From Lytechinus pictus (Eukaryota): a DNA stretch of 64,000 nt. Below the pieces are notes generated by a model. It did not search any database. It had not been told where the DNA came from and worked only from the letters and a program-made list of their open reading frames with translations. The stretch covers positions 16,060,001 to 16,124,000 of the forward strand of contig NC_087251.1 of assembly GCF_037042905.1 (NCBI RefSeq). Reading direction: 5' to 3'. Below, one piece after another: positions 50,246 to 63,179 of this stretch. Position 1 is the first letter of the stretch. Each line of letters opens with the position of its first letter. The position numbers were made by a program, and so were the translations under genes.

Positions 50246-51004
50246 AACTCTTTAGCCAACGTTATCATGTTTTCTGCATAATTCTTATTTAAAAAAGTCT
50301 TAACCCGACAGCATTACAAAATTCCAGAAAAATATTACTTTGTATAATAATTATACTAATAAGGGAGTGAAATATCACTAATTCATTAAAAAGGATAATA
50401 ATTAAAATTATTATTTCAAACAATCTATACGATGGAATAAGACACTTTTGATAAGCCCATTAGTGTGTTTGGTTCCTTAAAAATAAATTAGCTAACGTGT
50501 AACTGATTTATCTGTAAGTCTACGACATAACATGTAAAGAAATGTGGCATTTATTTTGAATATTTGTCGCATATCTCTATATATTATGTCCAGGGGCGGG
50601 TGATATTAGGCAGAATTGATTTTAATAGAGTGGTCATAATTATTACCTGTAAAATCGTCCTCAATTTTCGAAATTAAACATGGATTGAAATGTATCCAAA
50701 TCGGCTGTAATAAGTGACAAGTCGATCACTGGATTTAGATTTCAAACTGTAGGAGTTGAATTTAGAGCTCTTCAAACTCTTTTGAGATTTAAAAATGATT
50801 TTGTTTTAATTGACATAAAATCCAGTTAATTTGGTCTATAAAACGCTGATCTGGATTTGTTTAAAATCGCTGTAGAGAACACTGAGAGTTTTAAATATTT
50901 GAAGTATACCACAATTATTAATGTTCTAAACTTGCTTTCAATCATCAAGATGTTGTACGATGTATAGGTTAATAGCATAATCCATCTACCGTAACAACAA
51001 TCTA

Positions 51005-51315
51005 GGTCATGTCTTACAAATAATTACGATTGATCCGATCAATCTCAAGTATATGGAAATCCATCAATGTCATAATATCTTTTTTTTAGATAAGCAGTTT
51101 TCAGCAGCTTCTTTTTGCCATAATATTTTTCTGTAGGAAATTTACTTGATGTCCTTTGAAACCAAAATAAGCATTGTCAAGAAAGCATTGAATTCATGAA
51201 TATACATCATCTCTAAAAAATATTTTGAACAAACATGTGTTTTAGAAGTTAACGTTGCTTGCTTTCCATAGTTGAGATTGATCGGATCAATCGCAACGCT
51301 TTGTAAGACGGGCTC
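51005..51315. mobile_element. MITE with ~50-bp TIRs
   Basis: GTCTTACAAATAATTACGATTGATCCGATCAATCTCAAGTATATGGAAA versus TTTCCATAGTTGAGATTGATCGGATCAATCGCAACGCTTTGTAAGAC, with CTAG at both flanks. Confidence 0.75.
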
Positions 51316-52101
51316 TAGAAGTACATAATATACGGAAAAACAAACAAAATCTTCCATAATAAGATGATGACAAAAATGCCATTTTACCTTTGCAAGTACT
51401 TAATCCAAAACACAAAATATAATCTTGAAGAAAAAAATCTGAATTACTTATAGTCATAATTATCGATATGTCGCCAGGGATACATCATTGTCTATCATAT
51501 CGATGATCAAAACTCCACACTCTATGCATTGCGAGCGAAGGCTGGGATAATCACAGATGGCTATAGGTGGCGCCATTCCCCTTCGTGTGGGTTTTTATTT
51601 TTAATCGCTTCTTAATCGTTGCTTACATATTTGTATTTATCAAACAAAACAAAACAAACAAAACACCCTTACATTCCATCTGTCATCAGCCGCGACAAAT
51701 CAGTGCACCTTTTATACGTTTCCCGATTACAAGACATTAAACATTTTTTTGGCCCCAAATGCCCCCCAAAAAAGCGAAAGGCCCTTGTCACATATATACT
51801 GTATATGAAAAAAATCTAAAACGACAAAGGGGCTTTAATCTAAATGAGCATATGGACACTTGTTGTGTTTCGAATGGAGCATTATCTCAGCTCCAACTAG
51901 GAATTTATCGAACGAAAGTTGTCCGGGGATATAAATGCTTTCAGAAAATTACAGCTTATCAGAGTAAAGATATAAGAATGTTCTATAAAATTTAAAAATT
52001 TATATTAAAAGACAAAGTGGGAACTTTTCAGATTTTATTCAAACTGGGAACTACCGTATATCTAGCGTTGACCAAAAATGATAATTTTCAATACAAAAAT
52101 A

Positions 52102-52260
52102 AAGTAAAAGTGTTGGAGTATAGTATATCACATCGTAAAATTTAGAACATTTATAAGTAAAAGTGTTGGAGTATAGTATATCACATCGTAAAATTTAGAA
52201 CATTTATAAGTAAAAGTGTTGGAGTATAGTATATCACATCGTAAAATTTAGAACATTTAT
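52102..52260. repeat. Perfect tandem repeat, 3 x 53 bp
   Basis: Unit AAGTAAAAGTGTTGGAGTATAGTATATCACATCGTAAAATTTAGAACATTTAT starts at 52102, 52155 and 52208. Confidence 0.97.
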
Positions 52261-55200
52261 TGTTCGCAATAGAGTGACATCATGTTCTTTAGGATGGGAA
52301 ATATGATACGCACTCTCCAAGACATACAAAAAGAAATGAGATCTTTATAATAATTTGGCTTATCTGTGCAGATTGTTTTGCGATTTCATTCTGTAGACGG
52401 TGTGCACGGGATGGTATGTGAAGGTGTGCGTTCACTATCCTTTAAGTAAACTACAATAACGATTCTTCTCAATAGGCCTATATCCTATGATATACAAAAG
52501 ACATTGTTTTCAGTAGGCCTATACCCTATACTACAATAAAATGTGTTTTGGTCGCCACCGCCTCTATCAGCATAACAAGTTCATTAGACGGGATTATGGG
52601 ATCAATGACTGAAAAAGAGTATTGTAAGCTCGGTATGCGAGAGAGGGTTTTATTGACCGTGAAAATGACGTCATTAAAAGATCAAGTTCCTTTTAGAATT
52701 AAATTGAATCAGGTTGAATCCCCCATCCCCCCCCCCGCTTTCTCCATATTCTCACCTCTATATCACCTCTCTATATTTCTTTCACCTCCGAACGCATCTC
52801 TTTCTTATTTACATTTTTTTGTTCTTATCTACCCTGTTTTCAATAAGAGTTTTCTAAGTGGCAAGTTTAAAATTATGTAATCACAATGCAATATATTTTA
52901 TTCAAAGCAACAGTAACAAAAATGAAGTTTATGGGGTCTTCTTCTATTACAGTGTGTCGTAAACAAAGTGACGACATTGGTTTCAAGCAAGCTTTGATTC
53001 GACTTGCCTTTTAGTAATATTACACGTTTACTACTTTATCATCACTATATATTTACTGTGCTATGCATTGTGGTCATGTGCCTTACAAAAGCTGCCAAAT
53101 TAAAGTTTAATAATAAGATATAAATCTTATATGATAATATCAGTTAACATGGTTAACGATACAGGGTACTAGTACTGTAAAAGGCACTATATTTATCATG
53201 TTCGAATTATAGCAATGACAATCAGCTTATAAGAGAGTGTCCAAATATTATGATTATACTCATCTTACTTCTTTCCTTGCTTTCCAGGTATAAACGTAGA
53301 ACTTCTATGGACACGATGTAGTGCTTGTATCCCAGGCTTGTAGTAAGTCAATAGAATGTTGGCTAAGTTCATGGGCACCATGTAGCTACACGTCATTATT
53401 GCCATTGTTCATAATGACGAAGTGATTTGACGTCCTTTCTTCTGAGTACAGAAGTGTGATATCAAGGGTCTTATTCGCCCCCCCCCCCCCCCTCCCTTCG
53501 GCTGCTGGTCCGAAGCCCTTCTTGTGCATGGTAACAGGTCATCAGCTCTTAACCATAATTATGATAATAACTTGTATTTACCCGGTGTAATGATCTCTTC
53601 TATAGGTCCATAGATGTAACAAAACTATGAACTCACTGGTTTGTAGGCATATTAAGCATGAATTTTACTCTTATAAGATGTGAATCGTCAGATAGGCAAA
53701 TTTGATTTTGAATTCGAATAATTGATTAACGTTCACATTCCGACAAACATCAAAACTGAACACAAAATTAACTCAGAGTTTGTCATGCATCTGGCATGAT
53801 AATAAAAATCGTTTTAAAACATTAAAGAGTTGAAAATAAATGAATGAAATTATAGGCCTATGGTATGTTTCTTATAATGGAAATGTATTGCACTTCAGCA
53901 GGAAAAGCTAGTCATATTATTTAACAAAGGACAAAGGGCAATTACACATATACCCGAAAATCTTCAATCTTTTGAAAAGACACTTTCTTGGACCCCAAAA
54001 ATAGATGCGACAGTTTTTTTTTGCTGATTCTCTTTCTTTGTTTCACAGTATTACAGTGAGCAAATCTCACTCCCTCAATAATAAGCTTGAATAGATTCGA
54101 TCCTTAAAAATATCTGATCGGAAAAATAGTGTTATCAACTTTCAAAAGTTTGCCGTTTCAATGGGAGGGCGCTGTTCAAGAAACTATTTGTTCTCTGTAT
54201 TGAATGTACATCTGTAAGGGTGGAGACTTTGTATTGAGATTTGGTTAGAAGAAACATAATCAGAGTTTATCATAGATGATATTATTATTTGGACACACAC
54301 GTACACAAACACACAACGCTTAAATCTATCTGTCATTTATTATATTTCTTCGCATTTTCAATGTATTGCTTATAAAAGTAAGTATATATATCATTATGGT
54401 AACCTTTTGATCCCACAGTATGGTACCAATGAATCCTCGATTTTGATTGACTGGTGAGCATAGTTCACATTGTATTCTGGGTTGGATATAGATACCATAA
54501 TGTTAGATTTTCTACAAAGAGACCCTGGCGCTAAATTTCTTAGAAATCAATCGATAAGATTTTGGTTGGTGACCAATCTAAAAATAGATTGAGAAAAAAA
54601 ATGTTTTCTAAATCTAGTGCATTGAGATTTTCAATTGAATTTTGGACTGGTCCCATGGTCCCACTTTGGAATCTTTAGAAATTAGAGAGTGGAATCAAGT
54701 CAATAAACGTATCAATATGAATGTCAACAAAATATTCATGCTTTATCTCGGGAGCTCTCACGAAGTAGACGAAACACGCACAACGGATGTGCTAGACCAT
54801 AAAAAACTCTGGATATCATTCTGGTCATGCTGTAGTCGTAGAAAAAAAAGTAAATGCCCCGTCGCAATTAAATTCAACACTTTTTTTCGAACCAATGTTG
54901 GGATTTGAGTTTCAGATGAGCTGACAAGATCACATTCCAGCACAGTCATGATGGCGCTAGACCTTTTCCATTCCAAGAAATGATTCATTTGGACTCGTAA
55001 AGCAGCCGCTTCCCATCGCCTTTATTCTTTCGTCTGAAGTGTATCTAAAATTATTTATACATATTTTTAAATATATATTGTACAGTTGGCTTTGTATTGA
55101 ATGGCAAATCATATTTGTTTATTTCAAACATCTTGAATAAAAAAAACAGGTTTACGATTTCGATGGAAACATTTAAAGTTACTCTCCTCTCTAACTCCTG

Positions 55201-56709
55201 ATCTCCTCCGCTCTTGCTCTTTATTTTACCCTTCATATCTCCCCTTTCCCTTTAAGATCCCCTCCCCTCTCTCTATCGATCTCGTTTTATTACAAGTTGT
55301 CTTTAACTATTACTATTTCCTTACAAGGGGAGTGGTGAGACACGCCACAGCATGTATAATTATGTTTATTCTTTCTCTCTAATAATTAGCCTGCAGCGTT
55401 TGAGTTGAATTAGATTAATCAAACTGAAAGGGAGGCATGCATATACCATGCTAGATTATCATTTTCCTACATTTCCTGTTTTTATTGCCAATTCCTTGAT
55501 TAAATATTTGTGAGGATAGGTGGCTGGAATTACATTTGAGTCTTAAATGTCTCTCACCCTTATAAAGTGTTTTAGCGCCACCTATAGTTTAAAACAGTAA
55601 ATTTGTCAGTTCTATTGAAATTCTACAAATTGTTTAACTTTCAAAAGTTTCTGTATTTTCTAAATTTTCAAGGACAAGCACAAATGAAACATTAACAAAT
55701 ATCGTAGTTGTATTATTGGCATTGCAGTCATTTAAAAATGTATTTTTATTTAAACATAAAACTTGGATACAATATCATGTGTAAATTGATATAACATGTC
55801 ACTTCTAGTTGACAAATAATAAATGAAAATAAATAAAATTGTAAATAATTACGAGTCGTATTGGATATTACAATCTGAATCATACAAATAATTCTTACGA
55901 AAACGATGGCTGCTTGTAAGCCCTGAATATGTTGTGAATTCGAGTGTACAAACTGTGGAAAGTGGCAAAACTTCCAGTCTAAAAATATTTTCAGGAGGAA
56001 ATTCAATGTTCTCGGAGACGTAGATTCTTAAGTCTTGGTAAATCAAGTGCCATTATTTCCTTCTTTTAAAATTTTAAACAAAGCTCCTGTTTCTTGGCTT
56101 TTTTAAATTTCTTATATACAAAAACAGTATGTAGGATTTTCTCAGCAAGCGCACGTCATATTAATCTTGTCGAGCGCCATCTTTAGTTCATGATACAGAA
56201 TTCAAGACAGTTCATATTCTCTTGTTGAAGCCCATTGAAATGATATTTTGTCCCGATTCCCCCATTCAGTCAATCTAACTATATATTTTTTTCGTAATAC
56301 AAAAAAAGGGTAAATCAAAAATAATAGAATTGCACAAAAATGTCTGACGCATTTAAAGAAATTTCCAGTGTACAATGTTTCATTAATTACGATTTTCTAA
56401 AATCTTCTTATAACCCCCTATTTATCCTGTAGCTTTATCCAAACACTCATTGCATAAAAAGATGATTTTGATTACTTCGGAAGAATACGGGTTTGAGTTC
56501 TGAAATCACGATAGGATATATTTTCAACTTTTTGATTTTTACATGTAAATATGATTGTTCAATCAATAAAAAGGTAGTAGCATCAGATTTTATCTGAAAA
56601 ATATCGATCGATCAATTGATTAATTACATAAGACAACAGTATCCAGAATGTACTGTGAGCTAAATAAACATGGCCTTTTGCAGTAGCAGGGGGGGGGGGC
56701 TAATAACCA

Positions 56710-57256
56710 TTTTTGTATCGCCTGCATAGCGGAGCGAGACTATAGGCGCCGCTTTTCCGACGGCAGCAGCGTCGTCAACATTGAAATTTTTAACCAAGGT
56801 TAAGTTTTTGAAATGTCATCATAACTTAGAAGGTACAGTATATGGACCTCGTTCATGAAACTTGGACATAAGGGTAATCAAGTTTTACTTAATATCATGC
56901 CCAAGTTTCAGGTCACATGATCAAGGTTAAAGGTCATTTAGGGTCAATGAACTTTGGCCGTGTTATGGGTATTTGTTGAATTGGCATCATAACTTATAAA
57001 GTTTATGGATCTACACATGGAGTTCATAAAACATAGACATAAAAGCAATCTAGTATGAATGATTGTTTTGCACACGTCTTAGGTCACATGATCATGGCCT
57101 GGTCAAAGGACATATTGGGTCAATGGACATAGTATTTTATTATCATATGAATGTTTTCTTCTGTGAATAATTATTCAATAGCTTTTTCAAAGTCAGCACT
57201 GCTGCTATATCAAATCGCGTAATGCAGGCGAGACTCCCGATGGCGTTCCACTTGTT
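56710..57256 (+). mobile_element. Helentron/DINE-1-like non-autonomous element
   Basis: Starts in a T-run. Subterminal IR GTATCGCCTGCAT (56715) / ATGCAGGCGAGAC (57222) matches 12/13, with a second short 5' IR GCGAGAC. Internal direct repeats GGTCACATGATCA...GGGTCAATG. Ends CACTTGTT in a T-run with no TSD. Confidence 0.65.
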
Positions 57257-57519
57257 TTTTAAATCACCCTTTTTCTTTTTCTTGCACATTAACCCGATAC
57301 ATTTTCTTCCAAATTATGCACCGTCAGAGCCTTCATTTTATTTGAATTTAAAACCAAAACTCTTTCCTAACTAGGTCGCTTCTCTCTCTAGCTTGTATGT
57401 ATACTTGACCATATGAAATATCATCCATATAGGATAAACATTTATGTTTGTAAACTCGATTGCATTTTTACTGTGTTTACAAAGACAAGTGAAAAACAAC
57501 AGGAAGAAAATGTCCTTAA

Positions 57520-58110
57520 AGGACAACTTCACCCCCAACAAAAAGTTGATTTGAATAAAAAGAGACAAATCCAACAAGTAATGCTGAATAATTTCATCAA
57601 AATCGGATGTAAAATAAGAAGGTTCTTAAAGTTTAGCCTCATTTCACAAAACAGTTATATACACATCCTGGTCGGTATGCAAATGAGGAGACTGATTACG
57701 TCATGCACTCACCATTTCTTTTGTATTTCATTAAATTCAATATGAAATGTTCTAATATTCTTCCCATTGTCATGACATTGTGGAACAAAAGTCACCTTTT
57801 GTTTTATAATTTTGTGGTTGAGTAAAGTTGGTAATTTTTGTCAAATCTGTTTGTTTGTTTGTTTGTTTGTTTGTATTTATTTCCATAAAAAGATAAAATA
57901 TATACATGCTCAATTTAACATAACATACAGATCATATGGAGGATGGCCCATTTCAGCGGTATTAATAAAATACCGCTGTTCTTCCATGGGGTCCTTTATT
58001 ATAGGCCCTATATATAAAATTGAAATATTGTATAATTCAAAAATAAAAAAATATATAAAAAAGTAAGTGAGGGACACGATCGACTCCTGCATATCACTGA
58101 GTTGCGCGCA
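57520..58110. mobile_element. Partial copy of the 47804-48393 Kolobok-like MITE, interrupted by a retroposon tail (~57848-58000)
   Basis: TTAA|AGGACAACTTCACCCCCAACAAAAAGTTGATTTGAATAAAAAGAG matches the right TIR of 47804-48393. The insert carries (TTTG)n and the hairpin CAGCGGTATT-AATAA-AATACCGCTG (57954-57978). Confidence 0.7.
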
Positions 58111-58194
58111 TTACTGCACACTTTAATGTTGGGAAACATAATACTGTCCACTGTGTTTGGTAATGTATGTTGATAAAAAATATTATATAGGGCC

Positions 58195-58545
58195 TATAAT
58201 AATAGCCAATTTTTATATAGCGCTTTTCCCAGAACGGCTCAGAGCGCTTTACAGCATATTATTATCCCGGTCATTAGATTCATTTCAATCCCGCACGAAA
58301 AGTGCACAATTTCCACTCCTGGGGAGCATTCCTTGCATTCATTGCAGCCTCATTATGGCGCTGGCAAATTCAAACATACAATATCTTTCGCATTCTACCG
58401 TGTGCCCATTTAGCCCCTGGGTCGAGAGTGGCAAAGTGTGGGTTAACGCCTTGGCAAAGGACGCTAGACCGCGGTGGGAGTTCGAACACACGACCATCTG
58501 TTTACAAGGCGAGAGTCATAACCACTATTACACCACGGCTCTTCC
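58195..58545 (-). mobile_element. tRNA-derived SINE, same family as 20479-20833 (copy 2)
   Basis: Shares TTATATAGCGCTT, CCACTCC-TGGGGAGCATTCC, GAGAGTGGCAAA, AAAGGACGCTAG, TTCGAACACACGACC and TACAAGGCGAGAGTCA with copy 1. Confidence 0.85.
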
Positions 58546-59150
58546 ACGGCCTACACCAGGGCCTATCCTGGCAAGTCCCTATAAAACCATACACTCTTAG
58601 CTGTTGAAACTATACACTAGAGATTGAACATGACACCGAGAGTGCAAGAATAACAATGTAGTTGTTGTAACACCCATAGGTACATCGCAGTGAAATGACT
58701 AGTGTATCCTCTATGTAAACCAATGAACACCAAAGTGTTTTAATATGTGCACTAATGTCCTTTTGAAGCCATTTAAGGTTTTCTTATGTACCTAAAAATG
58801 TATTGTCTGACTATTTCAACAATTGTTATTGTAACAATGAAGATGATTACCCATTATGATACGAACACATGGCCCTAGCTGGGAAGCGGGTTGCTGAAGC
58901 ACCCCCAATGTTTTCCTGGGGGTGGTGCATGTGTTATTTTCCATAGGCAGCACCCCCTGGAATTCTGGTAGGTGTGACAAAATGGTTCAATATAACCAAA
59001 ACGACCTACATTTTTTAGTGCAACCCCCTTTTTTTGCTTGTCAAATTTCTCGGAATCCAACGACCTGCATTAAGTAGTGAAACCATCTTTTTTTCCCCTT
59101 TTTTTTTTGCTTTTCAAATTTTTCTGGACCAAAATAACCTTCATTTAGTC

Positions 59151-60732
59151 CAGTGGCGTAACAGGCGGGGGGGGGGCAAGCTGCCCCCCCCCCCTGGCGG
59201 AGCTCACCGGGAAAATAAAAAAAAAACGGGAAAAAGAAAAAAAAAGGGGGGAAGGAAGGGAAAGTAAAGAAAAAAGGGGAAAGGGGAAAGGGAAAGGAAA
59301 AGGGAAAAGAAAACTAAGATAAAACATAAAAAAGGGAAAACGGAATTAAAGATAACGGGAAAAGGAAGGAAAAAAGAACAAGTGAGAAAGAAAAATTCGC
59401 CCCGATATACAAATACATTAGCATGATTAGTAAGACAGGGAAATAAATTAAAGATGACAAAAAGGAAAAAAAAACGGGAAATAAAGGCAGAAGTGAATTA
59501 GCCAAAATCTAAATTGGAAAATAAAGAATAGAGACAAGATAACGTACACTACCGGGCTGCCGAGGATTGAGATAACGAGCGGGAAGAAAAATGGATGGTA
59601 TATAGCATAATGTCGTTTGAAAGTCTATCATAAACTTGCTAAATCTCCCAAGGCTCTGTCCAAGAGTCAAGACCCCATGCAGTTGGGGCTCTTCATCTGT
59701 AACCTATAATGGGTTCTATAACGGGCCCCTATATGGACCCTTCCTGCATTAAGCTTTACGTTGAAGCACTGGCGTACCGGGGGTGGTTCCACAGCCAAGG
59801 GGAAATAAAAGAAAATAAAAGAGGCAGCGAAGTGAGATGAATGAAAAAAATATATGACATGATATTTGCTATAATGATGTAAAAATCTATCACATAATTA
59901 GAATTTCATTTTAACAGGCCATTTTTTTTCTGGCTCGCTTCGCTCGCTGGCGACTTTTTACAAATTTTCCCACATTTGCTATGGTGTGCCCCTCATAATA
60001 TTTGGATGATTACGATACACAACTGCATTGAATTTATGTGTTGTGTTAAAGCTATATAAATATACACGCAATATGATTAAAATAAGTGGCCATCTGTAAG
60101 GTTTAAAATGGCTTTGATATCAAGAGGTTCCGGGGCTCTGCCCTGGACCCCACCCCCACCCATAAAGCACTGTTATATGGATGAGTTTGGACCATGGCCC
60201 CCAAAAGTTCTACAACCAAACAAAAACAAATAAGGAAAGAAAGGAAAGTGTATTATATTTTTCTGAATATCACTTTAAAATCTATTTTCATGTTCAGATT
60301 CTCATGAAAAGGTGATTTTTTTATCTCGCTCGCTTCGCTCGCTCGGGACCTATATTAAGCTACTTCTTGCCAGAAGCGCCATACTCGGCCCCCTCGAGCA
60401 TATAGAGCTTCGCCCTGATGCTCACAATCATAACAAAAATCCTGTTCACCGTGGCGTACAAAAAAAGAGAGAAAAAGGGAAAGAGAGGAGGGTGAATCTG
60501 ATATTATCTTTTTAACATTATGTCAAAATCTATCACAAAATTTGATTTTTGCAATAAAAATGTCAACATTTTTTGCTCGCTCGCTCGCTTATATATATAT
60601 ATATATTTGCCCGATACGCCATATCGCCCCCTCAAAATTTTAGCCTTATGACGCCATTGCCTGTTCCATGATTATGACCGGGAAATGTTTGGCTCTTGCC
60701 CCCCCTGGCCACCGACCCCTGTTATGCCACTG
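59151..60732. mobile_element. hAT-like element containing nested smaller hAT-like MITEs (59767-60025, 60449-60659)
   Basis: TIR CAGTGGCGTAACAGG ... CCTGTTATGCCACTG with a perfect TSD ATTTAGTC. Inner elements have TSDs CGTTGAAG/CATTGAAT and CCTGTTCA/CCTGTTCC. Confidence 0.85.
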
Positions 60733-60998
60733 ATTTAGTCGTGAAACAATTTTTTTGCTTGTCAGATTTACATCAGCACCCCCTGTAAAAAAATCTATAA
60801 ATGTATAGTCATCATTACAATTACTTATACTGTTTATAAGTAAGGGCTGTCTTTGTTGGTAACTGTTAACTAATCTCACATTCAATTTTTGGTCCAAAGT
60901 CATTCACAAACTTAGTCAGTTGAATCAATATTAAATCAATCAATTCTATTCCGAATGTTCAAATCCATAAAATGGGAATGTAAAAGAACATTGATATA

Positions 60999-61982
60999 CA
61001 GTGCGTATCAAAAAAAAGTTTACACTTTGAAAAAGCCCTGGGAATTAAAAAATATACAACATGTGGGTAACTTTTTCACATATAATCTAAGGTTTGGGTC
61101 TCATCTATCCAATGCAAGTAAAAGTTTTGACAGAATATTACACTTGAGTGAGCACTGTCCATTTTTGTAAAGCTCGCAGAAATCTGTTTGCGCAGAAATG
61201 CTCGTTTTCACGCTGTATCAAGGAGAAAGGCGGAATCAAATTTACCCTGCGAAACATTTCTCATACATTTCCCTTGCACTTTTAGTCAATAGAAATTATA
61301 CGGATACATTCAAGCATTTTGTAACAATTTTGCCACCCAAATTGAAATTTCAACACTTAGTAAGCACAACCTTTACCCTTTTTGTGCCAGCTGGATCTGA
61401 GGACATAACTAAATCTGAACAAAAGTTTATATCAGACATCTCTAGCATTTTTTCACTAAGTTTTTATCATTTATAGTGGGTTTACATTTCAATTTTATTT
61501 AATAATTGTTTATCCACACCTTTTCCAAGCTTTACAATGATTAACAAAATGAAAATCAAGCCTAAGCCATTTCATGTAAATCACAGCTCAGTGTAAAGCA
61601 AATATCGTCACGATTGCCTCAGTGTGTGGGGGAGTGGGATGAGGCGCAATGCACTCTTCGAAGTGTTTTGGGCAAGGAAAAAGTTTTAAAAGGTAAAAGA
61701 TATCTTCAAATCAATTTTAATAGATAAATTCAACTTGTTCTTCATGATTAAGGTCTACTTTTATTCGCATAACTATTTCAAAGTTCTGCGCAAATCATTT
61801 TTCACTAACTTTTCAAAAGTAAGTGGTGTTCACTCAAGCGGAAATATTTTTCGACAGTTATATCGTCATTTGCTTAAACGGATCTGTACCAATGTTACAA
61901 TGTGGAAAAATCTTCAGGATATTACAAATGTATAATTTTACAGGATTTTTTCTAAGTGTAAACTTTTTTTTGATACGCACTG
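60999..61982. mobile_element. Tc1/mariner-like non-autonomous element (984 bp)
   Basis: TA|CAGTGCGTATCAAAAAAAAGTTTACACTT ... AAGTGTAAACTTTTTTTTGATACGCACTG|TA: a perfect 29-bp TIR with TA TSD and no transposase ORF. Confidence 0.92.
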
Positions 61983-62417
61983 TATAAGATGTATGACATT
62001 TTTTAAATAAATAAATTATGTGGCATGTCAAGGCTGCTAATCCCAATTTGCTAAATATTAAAAATATGAATAAATAACACCAGACAACAAAAGAAGAAAT
62101 GGGATCAGCAAAAATCTGATCACACCTGATTACAACCATACATCTGTATATATGAAACATATGAATAACTTAAAGGCAGTTCATCGATTTAGTGAACGAA
62201 GTTAATGTAAAAATCTTAATGTGTTATAGATAACAACTGTGAACAATCGATCAAACATCAATTTCAGTTGCTTGTTGTTGCTAATTTTATTTCATTTTAA
62301 ATAGATTTATGAACCTCGTAAATAAATTTTAGAAAATCGGTATGTATCAATAAAAAAAATAATATATTATAGACAAAATATCGTCTTATAAACAAAGCTT
62401 GAATTGACACCTTTAAT

Positions 62418-62815
62418 GGGCGATTCCATACGTGTCGTATGGGACATTTTGACAACAATTTCTAGTTTCCTAGCCGAATGCTTGAGCAATAAAATATTAT
62501 TTTTTGTCAATGATAAAGCTATAGTGGGTAGTCATGTGAAAAACTAATAACCAACACAAAAAAAATTGATTATGAGTATATTATAGGTGAAATGTTGTGT
62601 GTCGTACGGGACGCAGAAATGTCCCGTACGACACGCAACATTTTAAGCTGTAATTTACCTATGGACAACATATTTTTGTTGGTTGTCAGATTTTTGCATG
62701 TCTACCCAATAGTACTTTAATATTACCACAAAACAAATTGAAGTTCTTCGTTCGTTTGGACAGCAGGTTGAAAAATGATGTGAAAATGGCTGATTTTTCT
62801 AGCATGGAACCGCCC
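62418..62815. mobile_element. 398-bp palindromic MITE with 4-bp TSD (TAAT)
   Basis: TAAT|GGGCGATTCCAT ... ATGGAACCGCCC|TAAT, with a central 23-bp hairpin exactly on the symmetry axis. Confidence 0.8.
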
Positions 62816-63179
62816 TAATGATAATTGATCATGCAACGAGCATATGTGGGCAAAGCATATGTGGAAAATAAATGACCTTGTACATAATTAGAGTCAGACA
62901 AATAGGTATACGACATAAAGAGAATGAGAGCGTAGATCTCGGACAGATGCATTCACGAGAAAGTTCTTTATTCAAATTCTAATTCGACAAAAATAGCAAA
63001 TCCAATATTATTTGCAACATGATTATGAAATAAAACCAGTCTTGCGCGCATGATTTCTGAACTTTAATCAATCATTCGTTTTTTAAGGTTGGAATTGTTG
63101 ATGAGGCCGAAGGTCCACGAGGTCGATTTTTAAGTGCGTTTGACTATATACATCAAAAGATGTTCCGCTATTGAAAATA

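Noticed and set aside
52102..52260. CRISPR-like array
   Set aside because: Pure tandem units with no unique spacers, eukaryotic context, and no cas genes.
58157..58607. 147-aa and 101-aa ORFs
   Set aside because: Antisense reading of a SINE.
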